Source of the DNA: Azolla caroliniana
Lineage: Eukaryota; Plantae; Polypodiophyta
Length of the DNA stretch: 64,000 bases
Assembly (NCBI GenBank): GCA_043228905.1
Contig: JBHGNT010000016.1
Location: 7,688,001 to 7,752,000 of the forward strand
Direction of reading: 5' to 3'
The notes beneath the pieces were generated by a model. The model searched no databases. It had not been told where the DNA came from and saw only the letters and a list, made by a program, of their open reading frames with translations. Below, in pieces: positions 38,886 through 50,395 of this stretch (its first letter is position 1; every line of letters starts with the position of its first letter). Both the position numbers and the translations under genes were made by a program.

Positions 38886-41800
38886 AGAGGGCTGCCAAGG
38901 CGTGGGGCCAAAACAGCCCGGACACTCGGGAAAGACCCCACGATTGTACGATAGAACCGAAACCGAAGAAACCTTGTAAGATAGGTAGAAAATTCTGCTT
39001 CTCCAACAACGGAGGGTGTATGATAGTCGGCATCGTTGGCCGAGAAAGGGCAAGGGCGGAGGAGCGACTTCGAGCGTGCGGAGTTCTCGGCCCGGACGAG
39101 AAAATCAACGGGGCCGTGGAGGCGGTCTCCTTCGATGACACCTTGGGGATGCTGAGGAAGGTAGCTGGAGAAGACCTTAACGAAGACCGGATGATATCGG
39201 TATGTTCCGAAGAGATGTACGAAGTCATCGCGAACTTCAGCTAGGGGCTCCGGTCGGATCGGACAGCCCGAGTTAGCACGAAGTACAAGACTGTGGACCG
39301 GAAGGTAAGGCCAGTCGCGGCACCCTTACCGGAGGGCAGTGAGTCCCGAATCAGAGGGGTTGCGTCGGACCCCAGTTTACGAGATCCGGCCTGCATAGGA
39401 CACACCTTCACCGACGGGACGCTCCAGGAGCTCAAGATCGGTGGGGGCTGGTTCCTACTGCCGGCGGAGGAAGACCGGGTTCGGAGAATGCTCGGAAGGC
39501 ACGGGAAAGCCTTCGCATTCTCACCGGAAGAGATCGGGTGCGTAGACCCGACAATCGTGGAGCCGATGGTGATATTCACGGTACCGCATGTGCCGTGGAA
39601 TCTCAAGCCGATTCCAGTACCGAGAGCTCACATCCCGGAGTTGATGGAGCTACTGAGGCAGAAAGTCGATATGGGTATTCTCGAACCGTCGAGCGCGCCA
39701 TACTCGAACCGATGGTTTACCGTACCAAAGAAAAACGGAACATTGCGCTTCATTCAGGACCTGCAGCCGGTCAACAGAGTGACCATTCGGAACGCAGGAA
39801 TCGGACCGACCATAGACGAGTTCGCGGAGGCCTTCGCCGGAAGGTCGATTTACTCGGTCGGAGATCTGTACTCGAGGTACGACCAATTCCAGCTAGCCGT
39901 GGAGAGCAGAGACATTACGACGATGCGAACTCCCCTCGGCCTAGTGCGAATGTGTACCCTGCCACAAGGAGGGACCAACTCGGTGGCCCACATGGTGAAT
40001 GCAATGAACAAGGTACTGAGGGATTGCATCCCGGACATCACCATGCCATTTCTAGACGACATCCCGATCAAGGGGTGCCCGGTGGAAGAGAAGGACGAGA
40101 CACTCGGGCCGGACAGATGCCGACGATTCGTGGCAACACACATCGACGACTGCGAGAGGGTGCTACAAAGGCTAGAGGATGAGAGGCTCACCTTCTCCGG
40201 GGAGAAATCGGCCTTTGGGCAATCAGAAATCCTGGTGGTCGGGCACCTATGTGGACCATATGGCCGAAAGCCGTCTCCGGCAAAGGTAGAAGCCATCTCC
40301 GCAATGAAGACCGATTGTAGCTAGGTTACGGAAGTTCGGAGGTTCCTGGGGGCATGCGCGTTCTACCACATATGGATCCCGCATTACGCCCACGTTGCGA
40401 AGCCACTATACGGGTTGCTGAAGAAGGGGTGAAAATTCGAGTGGCGAGACGAGCACACGGAGTCGGTCCGGAAGCTGAAGGAAGCTCTTGCGGCAGCACC
40501 GGTGCTCCGGAAGGCTGTCTACGAGAAGGGTACCCCGGTATACATAACGGTGGATACGAGCCCGACCGGGATAGGATGGATCATCAACCAAGAAGACAAG
40601 GACGGCATTCGGTTCCCAATCCGATTCGGCGTGAAGGTCCTCAATGAGCGACAGCGAGGGTACGCCCAGGTTAAACGCGAACTCTGGGGTATCGTTTCGG
40701 CAGTAAAGGCCGACAAGGACTACCTGATCGGGATGGAAGTGATTATCGAGAAGGATTGCCTGCCAATTCTCGGCATGGTTTCCGGATGCGCGACACCGGA
40801 CCTGGCGATGCTCAGGTGGATAGCATACATCAAGTCCCTGGATCCGGAAATACGGCACATTTCCGGAAAGGACAACGCCATGGCCGACATGCTTTCGAGG
40901 GCGAGGTTTGATGACGAGGGCGGCATGGTTTCGGAGGACGAAGAAGTCGGCGTGGACTTCTTCGAGGCGGCGTACGTGACGACCGATGGGACGAGCACTC
41001 CGGCACTTAACGATTTCGACGAGAGCAAGTACGATGGCGAGTGGCTCCAGATCGGTGGATTTTTGAGGACAATGACGCCGGATGCGTCATGGACGAAGGA
41101 CGAGGCCACCCGGATCCGGAAGAAAGCTTACCGATTCTTTTTCCGGGACGGATACTTATGGAAGCACCCGAAGAAGAGGAACGGCATCCCGCTCCAGGTG
41201 GTGGCGATGAAGGAAGAATAGGAGGAGCTGCTGACGGCCTACCACGACAGCCCTTGGGCTGGACACCGTGGAACGTGGGCCACGTTCGAGAAGATAAAGG
41301 GGAAGTACTGGTGGCCGGGATTGTACCGGGACGTGCATCGGTTCGTGACAACTTGCGAGAGCTGTCAGATGCACTCCATAGTCCGACATCGGGATGGGCT
41401 TCACCCTACGTACCCTCCGACTATCCACTTCAAATGGATGGTAGATCTGGTGACGATGCCGATGGGAGTAGGACAGATGCGGTATCTGGTCCTGGCTCGG
41501 GAAGATCTGACGAACCAGGTGGAAGGCCTAGCCCTTCAGAACAAAACGACCGCGGCCGTATGTCGGTTCCTTATCGAGGACGTGATATGCCGGTACGGAT
41601 GCGTCGGGAAGATCGTGGCTGATCGCGGGGAGTTGGACGCCGAAGAGGCCGAGGAGTTGTTCGACCGGCTAGGAATCAAGCTCTCGCTTACTACTGCGTA
41701 CAATCCGGAGGCGAATGGGAAGGTGGAGCGCGGACACGGACCGATCGTCAAGGCGTTAGTTCGGGCATGCGGAGGACAAGTCGGGAACTGGCCGCGGTTA

Positions 41801-42379
41801 TTGCCTTACGTGTTGTGGGCTGACCGAACTACGCACAGTTCGGTAACCGGATTCATGCCGGCAGAGCTCATGTTTGGGCAGAAGTTGATCATGCCGATGG
41901 AACGTACAATCTTCTCATGGGCAACCGTGGACTGGAGAGACAAGATGAGCCGGGAGGAACTATTGGCAGCGCGCATGCGTCAGCTCGAGCGAAGGCCGGA
42001 AGACGTGGAGCAGGCTGCGGGAAAGCTTCGGGAAGCAAGGATGAGGAACAAAGCCCGATTCGACCGAATGCACCGGCTCCAACCGAAGAAGATTGAGGAA
42101 GGCGACTGGGTGCTAGTCTACGACAGCAGCCTCGACAACCAGCACCGAGCAACACGGAAGTTCGCAAGAAGGTGGTTCGGGCCTTACGTGGTACAAAACG
42201 CCAACAACAACGGGACGTACCATCTGGCGGAACTCGACGGCACGAGAATGGTGATACCGGTAGCTGGGAAGCGGATCAAAGCGTTCAAGAAGCATCACGA
42301 CGATGGGCCGGATCCGGTTAACCTGGACTACGATGACGAACGATCCGAAACCGAGGAAGAACCGACGGGCGGGGAATGA
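38876..42379 (+). pseudogene. Gypsy RT-RNase H-integrase ORF in the -1 frame, with four in-frame stops
   Basis: ORFs 39020, 39293, 40502 and 41321 are all in one frame. Motifs: YSNRWFTVPKKNG, LPQG, PFLDD, TVDTS, DNAMADMLSR, H-H-C-C integrase finger, DRGE, YNPEANGKVER, WFGPY. Confidence 0.92.
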
Positions 42380-42452
42380 AGGCTGGACCGGTTTTCTCCG
42401 TCCCAACTCAATTTGGCGCATGCCGGTGGATGCGCGGTTAGGTGGGGGCGGA

Positions 42453-43090
42453 TGTTGTGAAGAAAACCGTCCACAAGCGGAATCAGTGCACCGGAGCGTA
42501 GGAACCGGCTCTTCATGCACGTGCGTCTTATGTAATACAAAAGAGGGAATTAGGTACATAGAAGATCCTCGGTAGGTAGGAAGTTAATGGGAAACGGCTC
42601 CTTCCTTGCCTATAAAAGGAGGGAGACGAGGAGGGAAGAGGGGATCGCGGAGAGTCGAGGATGAAGTGCTATCGGTTTGTGGGCGAAGGCTTCTCTCTCT
42701 CTCTGGCTCACAAACCCCGTAGCTTCTTGCTGTGCAGGTTTCGGGAGGCTCACGCTGCTCTGAGGAATGCCCGAGTGCTTCCGGTAGCACCTCCAACCTA
42801 CTCTTTCCTTTCTGTGCGTTTACGAACAGGCATCGGCATCTGTTCGCCGGCCTGTTCGGTTGTAACCGACTTTGTGTTTTGTTGTTTGTCTCTGTTAATA
42901 TACATTTACATACCATTGTGCCCCTCTGTGTTGGTTTCCACGCTCGCGTCTTCGTGTCGAAGGGCCGTGTCCCTGTGGATCTACGCTTGCACGTAGTGGG
43001 CCCCTTCCCTTCTCCTTTCCCTATTGCTCTTCGGTACAAGACCCCCGAGGTCCCGCCTCATTCCACGCATCCGCGAGGAATACCTCGACA
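42453..43090 (+). repeat. Gypsy 3' LTR
   Basis: 638 bp, with about 11 substitutions versus the 5' LTR by manual comparison. Confidence 0.97.
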
Positions 43091-44315
43091 CCGGACTAAG
43101 CACATTGAGGCGTACTACCATTTTGTTTGTGAGCGAATCCTCTCTAGTGAAGTCAAACTTGTTTATGTTCCGACTGATCGGCAAGTTGTTGATATCTTCA
43201 CCAAACCTCTTGGCCTAAACAAGTTGCGGCATTTTTCGACTATGCTTGGTTTACAGTACAACATCTCGACATGCCGAACTTGAGGGGAAGAGATAGAGCC
43301 GACAAGGTAGATGATGTCCGAAAAGCCGAATCAGATGACGAATTTGATTTCGGACCAACCGAAGAAGTCAGAATGTTCGGATCAACTGGAGAAGCTGAAA
43401 ACAAATGGACATGTGCAAAAAGATCGGCCAAGTGGAGGCTAGTCAAACGCCGGGGGAGCGGCCACAAAGGAAAGCCGAAATCGGAGCCAACCAAATTAAG
43501 GGGTGGAAAAGCTAAGAAGGGCAAGAGAAGTGGCAAAGTCGAAAAGTATAAAGCCAATTGAGCGAATGCCAAGACCAAGACATGGGCAGATGTGGTCAAG
43601 GGCCGGAAGGAGGACGAATCGGAGACAGTCGATTCGAACAAACTGAATCACATGGAGGTCGGGCGGGTGAGAGGGTAGCCGAAGCCGACACTGAGTCAGA
43701 GGAGACGACGGGTCGAGGGGTGCAAGTACCACGATAGGGAGGGAGCTGACAAGAGCCTTACGAGCAGACAAGTTGACCGAAAGGGTCGAGATGCGCAAAA
43801 CCGGAGGGATCGAAAAACGAAGGACCAGAAGGGTCAAAGAACATAGCACCAAACCGGACGAGGAGCATGAGCAAGGCGTGGAGACACTAGGAAGAGTCTG
43901 ATGCTGACTCAAGGAGAACCTCAAGTTGAGCTAGCAAGCTCAACTTGGGCCGGATCGGCTGAAGAAATCGAGAACCAGATCAGATTGAACCGATCAGTTA
44001 GGCCCAAATCGGCTAAAGGAGCCGAGAGCCAAATCGGACGGAGACCGATTGGTGGGAGCTGGAAGGTCGTTGGAAAGATATTCCGTGAAGGAATATATTT
44101 GGGAGTTAGTGTAGGGGCTCACTTATGAGCATTCAAGTACTTGTGTCAGTCCTTTTAAGGACTTGTACACTTGAGTTTATTTTTTGAAATAGAGTTTATG
44201 TTTTGCTCTCACTTTGTCTCTCCCTTATACTCTCTGTGAATTTGAAGGTTTCCATTAAACCTGCATATTGTCTATCATTGTCCGGTTGAGTTGGTTGTGC
44301 CTACACTTCCGCACC

Positions 44316-47300
44316 TAACCTAGATCCTATCTAGGTAACTTCTAAGTTACATGGTTGACTAAATGACTAAACTTAGTTGAGCTTGATATCTCAACGCATT
44401 CCCTCAAGCTTAACTATGAGGCATCCGACATCAGGTTCTGCTTTTGGTGTTGTCCAACTTTTGATGTCGGCTTCTGTTCGGCTTTCAGCATTGTTTTGGC
44501 TTTCTTCATCCTTTCTCGCGCAATTTCGGTTCCTCCCCCTCAAGCCTATGATGAAGGCTTGTAATGTGAAATGGTCGAAGGCCAAGTGCTTGCATCTCGT
44601 CATCCACAACTTTCATTGCTCGAGGGTCACGAGTTGCTTCTGTAAAGCTCATTGTACCCGAACTGAGTGACCGGGTTCTTCTCTAGAGATGAGCGTCGGA
44701 GTTTTTCATTTGCCGATGTGAGTGCCTTTTTTACTCCAAGTGTTTGCATAATGGGTACACCAAACTCACTATCTAGTGAGCGAGCTGACACATCCAAATC
44801 ACTTTCATCGGGGTGGTCGACTTTATATTCAGGCATCTTACCTTTGCCTTTGTCCGATTTGGCCCATGGTTGAGATGTGCTTGGAATATTTGAAGGCTCG
44901 TGTGGTCCACTTAGCTCGGTAGAGCTTGAACTATCCTTTGGTAAGGGACTTGGCCAAATATCGTCATCCGATTTGATGCCAACTCTTCCTTAGTTGGGCC
45001 GGATAGAGTTGAATCGGGTTCATACCATGATTCTGATTCGTCGAAAATGACATCCTGACTTACCCAAACTACTCGGGTCGAAGGGTTGAAGCACTTGTAT
45101 CCCTTTTGCTCGGATGAGTATCCTACGAGGATACATTTCTCTAACTTTGCATTGATCTTTTGTCGTTTATCGTCAGGATGTGTACATATGCAATGCTTCC
45201 AAACACTTTGAGGTGTGAAAGGATCAGCTTCCTTCCAACAAAGATCTCGTATGGAGTTACCTCATGTACTCCATTAGTGGTGCACCAATTCATGATATAG
45301 ACAGTTGTGGATGCTGCCTCGGCCCAATAGAAATTCGGCATGTGCTCCTCATGTGTCATGGTGCGTGCTACGATTCTTCCTTTCAGCTACCCCATTTTGT
45401 TGGGGTGTGTGTCGGCACAAAAATTCTCTCCTTATTCCCTCACCTTGGAGATAGGAGATGAATTCGTCGAAGAAGTACTCCTTTCCTCCATCCGATTGTA
45501 GGCGCCAAATATGCCGGCTCATTTCTTTTTCAACTCGGCTCTTAAGCTTTTGGAAGTGGGAGAGCACTTCACTCTTCTTCTTCATCGGGGAGATCCACGT
45601 GTAGTGGGAGTAGTCGTCGATGAAGGTGACGTAGTAACGACATCCGTCGATCGTCAACATTTGATCCGGTCCCCATACATCCAAGTGGATTACGTTGAGG
45701 CCTTTACTTACGTAGCTCTCCTTTGGGAATGGAAGTCGGTGTTGGTTGCTGAGTTGACATGATTCACACACTCGATTGACTCGTTTCGAGTCAAAGACCG
45801 GAAGTCCGATGACGACTCCCTTTGATTGCATCACTCGAAGCCATTGGAGGTTGATGTGGTTGATTCTCTTGTGACACAATTCGATGTTCATTTTAGTTTT
45901 ACCTTGTCCGAATTGAGAATAAACATTCGGCCTTCTTTTCTTCATCTAGCTATGAGTCGGCCATTCTTTTCTATAAAGCATCCTCCATTGTTGAAACGGA
46001 CTTGCATGCCTTGATCCACGATTTGGCCGACCAAGTTCAAATTCTTTGTTATTGTAGTAACGTGCAAGACATTCTTGATGCAATTGTTTTTGCTGTCTTT
46101 GACGAATGGAACGTTGCCGATGTGTTTAATGGGATGTGTGGTGTCGTCTCCCGTCTCTATGTAACTGGGTTGACCTGGCGTTCATAAGTCACGAAACCAC
46201 TCTTGGTGTGACGTCATATGACTTGAGGCACCGAACTCGACGAACCACATGTCTTCCAAATTGGAGGTGTTGGTGGAGTCGGATGTCGACATAGAGTTAG
46301 TCTTAGGTTGCATGAAGTACAATCCACCATAGTCTTCAAAGTCGAAGTTGGTGGCGTAGTTTATGAATTGTCGGCATGTGGAAGCCGACTCTCTTATTCT
46401 CTTTCGGCACTCCTCTTCGCGGTGGCCGACCTTCCCACAATAGTTGCAAGTAATGGGACATGTTTACCAACCTTGTTCGGCATGGAAGCTCGCCCATCTT
46501 CCGAAGGTTCCTTGATGGCTTCCTTCTTCTTGTCTAAGGTTTGAGTTCCCTTCATGAGATGGGTTGAATCGACCTCTTCTACCATCGCGACCTCGTCCTC
46601 TGCCACCATCCGAATTTGTGAAGAACATCTGTCCTTACGACGTCTTGCTCTTAGTTCGAATGTGGTTCTCTTCAACCAATAACATTGATTGAAGGTCGAA
46701 GAACGAGGGAGGGTTTTCTCTCGCCAAGATTTCCATCCTTATCGGGTCAAATCGTTGTGCAAGGCTGCCCAAGCACACTTGCATCATTTTGTCCTCTTCA
46801 ATGTTTATGTCGATGGGGCTTAGTCGCAAATGCTCTTGATCTTGGCGGTGTAGTCCGACACGGACATATCTTTTTGTTGAATATTGTAACTCAACTCTTG
46901 TCGGAGTTGAAGCTTTCGGGCGATCGTGTTGGCGGCGAAGTTTTTCTTCAAATTCTCCCACGCTTCTTTAGGCATCTTGGCATCTTGAAACCCTTGGCCG
47001 ACTAGGTATTGGTTCATCTTGTACTCCCAAGATGAAAAATTGCTCCGGTCTAGCTTTTCACTAGGGAGCGAGCTACCCATTTGTGTGTTCATGTTGATGT
47101 AGTGTCTTCCTTTTTTACTTTTCTTCATTTAGTCACGTACACTACTACATAGCGACACTACAGTAGCGGATAGCCAGATTTGTCATCGATGTCTCAAACA
47201 CAAAATCACTATGAGGCGGATGGGCTTAGTGAATGTGTTAAACCACACACTTTGATACCATGTTAATAATTAGGTAATTAACTAAGGTTTAATTAGTGTC

Positions 47301-49107
47301 TAATTATGTAAGTAGTTGATCACGTATGTGATTAAGCAACAGAAGTTTATTGTGTGTGTATATGAGAGAATGAGAGGAAGAGAGAAAGAACACTTATGAA
47401 CAATAAGACAAGATGGGGAATGATTAACAAGAGTGTAGCTAAAGACTTTTCTCTATATTAATAAGTGTGTGGAATAACGCTCGGCCACAACCAAGTCTTA
47501 ACCACTCAATGGAAGAAACAGAAAATAGAAATGAGATAATACAGGATGTTAACGTGGAAAACTCTAAAAGGGAAAAACCACGGGAGCCCACTGACTCTAA
47601 TTATCACTATGAGAGGAATGATACAAAGAGAGACTTAGAGGCAACGACCTCGAGCTCTGTCTTCACTAACTGGCGGTGTCGTGAAGATTTTCGGCAACGG
47701 TGTGAAAATCGCGTGGAAAGGAGAAAACCAAGAAGGGTTCACTTTCACGCTTCTCTTACTATTTTTCTCAGTGAGTTATCCCACATATATATGCAGCTAA
47801 TATGACTCTCTCTATATAAATACTAGCTTATCTCATATATATATGTGTGTGTGTGTGTGAACTTCTATTTGGCCAACTACCATTTGATTGAATCTTGTTT
47901 TGGTTTTTTCATTTGATTTCGGCTAACCGACTCTCATTTCAACTTTTCGACCGACTCCCCCCCACAAGGAGGGACAATCTTACATAACACAATAATTGAC
48001 TTACCACAAAGCCAAGTCATTTCTTTAAAAGATGTATTTTCATCATTATACTTTTTCATATGTAAATTCTCATACATGAGAGCTTGAATGAGTGACATGG
48101 TTATCATGCATCACATGTAATGCATGAGCGCCAAATGGCAAACATGCATCACATGCATTTCATACATTACATGCATTGTATGCATGTCTTGCACCCTCAC
48201 ATGCATCATATGCATGGGGGCATCTATAAAAGAGTGGAGGAAAAAGAAAAGCAAGATCAATCAAGTAATAATAAAAAAACTATGTACTGAATCAAGAAAT
48301 TAATAACAAGAAATCTAATTATCTTATTGGTGATGTATCTTGTCTCTTAAAATTGAAATCTCTATCTCAATTGCTCTCTCTCAATCTGTCTCATGATTGG
48401 AATCTCTGTCTCTCAATCTCTCTGTCTCTATCTTAAATACTTTCTCGTTAAAGCTAGTACAACCTTCGAATTCTTCCGGTCCAAGACCCCGATGGTCCCG
48501 CTTCATTTTCGCAAACATACGAGGATTTCCTCAACAACGGTTACAACAGAAAAGCTTTTTGTATATCTCCCTCTCTCTCTCTCTCTGTTAAGCTCTCTAT
48601 ATATCTATACAACAATAATGACAACTTACATTATAAAGTGATTGCCCTAAGTCATATTTATACTTATATGACTTTAGGACTATTTACAAATATAGCCATG
48701 ACAGGCACATCAGAAACATATTTATAGATATGTCCCTGGATCCGGTTCATACCGGATCCATCCGGATACCTTTTGAATCCATCTGATCCAATTTTCGGAT
48801 CTCATCTGGATCCCATTCGGAGGGACCGAATTCCCAACAATAAGCATCAAGTTACAAAAATACCCACAATGAGGTATATATAGATCTCATGTGCAAGGGT
48901 GTACATGTGTGAGAAGAATATAGGTACAAAGATGTAAGTCCTATATTAAATGTACTTGAGAGTGAAAGATCTAGAATATATCTCACTTAAGTACAAGGTC
49001 TTATTTAAGGCTTTAAGGTCAACACACTAACTAGATCCTATCTAGGTAACTTCTAAATTACGTGGTTGACTAAATGACTAAAGTTAGTTGAGCTTGATAT
49101 CTCAACA
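44316..49107 (-). mobile_element. Defective Ty1/Copia element (gag, protease, integrase; RT/RH deleted); 5' LTR 47261-49107 interrupted, 3' LTR truncated to ~44316-44396
   Basis: Gag EKLDRSNFSSWEYKM, protease WFVEFGASSHMT, integrase IHLDVWGP...FIDD...QSDGGKEY...HTPQQNGVAERKNR. PBS rc at 47249-47260 (TGGTATCAAAG). LTR start ~49030-49107 matches ~44320-44396, with a PPT-like AAGCTTGAGGGAATG beside the latter. Confidence 0.88.
47466..48839. mobile_element. Composite TG...CA insertion made of LTR-derived pieces, inside the Copia 5' LTR
   Basis: 5-bp TSD ATAAG at 47461-47465 and 48840-48844. Termini TGTGTGGAAT and (rc) TGTTGGGAAT. The middle part ~48000-48430 is homologous to the reverse complement of the 28146-29049 LTR. 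Confidence 0.75.
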
Positions 49108-49642
49108 ATATTATATTGTCATTTGTTCTAAGATTAGAAAGTGTAGTTCGGTTTCTATCCATAGAGAAGGTGTCATGTGTAATTGGTTACAAGGTTGTTC
49201 ATGACAAATTCTAACATTCTACTTCTAGTTTGCATTGATCATTTGGAATATTTTTGTCGACATATTAGTAACTCATAATTGTCACCTCCACAAATAACTT
49301 GGAGATGTATTATATATAAATAATATACAACCATTGTAACATTTTTTCAATGGGGTACCATTTTCATATTATGCAAAATCTGGGCTAATACAATTAAACT
49401 TGCATGGAATTCCATCCCTTAACCCTAAACTGGATAAAAAAATATGACAAATGGAATATGAGACTATTGATTTTCTTGTCACTAAATTTTTTAGTTGAAA
49501 TTTATGTTATGTTTAAAGAAACCTTGTACGCATGCATCATACCTTTTTGTAAGTTTGTTGAAATAAGCCATTTGTTAACATCTCACCAAGATGTGAAAAG
49601 GAGAATGCGACATATTACCTATTTCAAGTGTCTCGATGTTGT

Positions 49643-49703
49643 CTTCTTCTTCTTCTTTTTCTTCTTCTTCTTCTTCTTCTTCTTCTTCTTCTTCTTCTTC
49701 TTC
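49643..49703. repeat. (CTT)n microsatellite
   Basis: Seen directly. Other simple repeats: (TA)/(TACA)n 50285-50392, (CAACA)n ~54990-55285, (TATG)n ~55290-55430, (TA)n 57496-57553. Confidence 0.95.
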
Positions 49704-50343
49704 AGCATCATTGTCATCATCTTCTAGGATTTGTGATTAGGGTAGAAGAGGTTTGAGGATATCGTCTTCAAGACAACATATTTGGAGGCTACAAAGGATC
49801 GACAAGGTGTAGATGTCCCCTCCACATGCAATCCCATCAAAGTTGATCATCTTGTTTACCCCACTCTAAATCCAAGATTAATGTAATCATGTTATTTATG
49901 ACAACTTACATGTATATTTTCTTGAATTTGATTATTGTGTATGTGTTTATGTTGAATCACATGATTTTGACTATGAGTTATACTTCTGAATAATTAGATT
50001 GCATAGCTATATTAAGTGGTCATGTTAGCATGCTCGCAACGGAACCATGACCCTATCAAAGTGTGATTGTTCTTCTTGTTTATCTTGCATTATGTGATAA
50101 AAGTATCAATTTTACAATATCATTAATTCAACAAAGCATATCAATATCAATAGCCATCAAGGCTTATTAACTAAACAACCTAGCAATGAGCCATAGTAAA
50201 TATTTACCGACCTTAGGGTTTCGAAGGGTTAAATCTTCTTTTAATCAACTAGCCCAACCTAGTGCGAGACCTCAAAGTCCAAGCATATATATATACATAT
50301 ACATACATACATATACATATACATACATACATATACATATACA

Positions 50344-50395
<52 letters not shown>

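Larger units (their letters stand above)
36099..43090 (+). mobile_element. Near full-length Ty3/Gypsy LTR retrotransposon, non-chromovirus (resembles Phygy/Selgy or Ylt1-like lineages)
   Basis: Two 638-bp LTRs, 4-bp TSD CCGG (36095-36098 / 43091-43094), tRNA-Trp PBS and PPT at 42439-42452. Domain order is gag-PR-RT-RH-IN with no chromodomain. Lineage assignment is an inference. Confidence 0.96.
34435..44315 (+). mobile_element. Defective Ty1/Copia element (GAG-pre-integrase, partial integrase, RT, RNase H, 3' region, partial LTR) hosting the Gypsy insertion
   Basis: LWHKRFGHVNF and IHSDVWGP...FIDD...LRSDGG, then a deletion junction at ~34968 into RT ([25 protein letters not shown]). The RNase H motif NPVFHAR|TKHIE is split by the Gypsy element. 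LTR-like sequence runs from ~43926. Confidence 0.88.
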
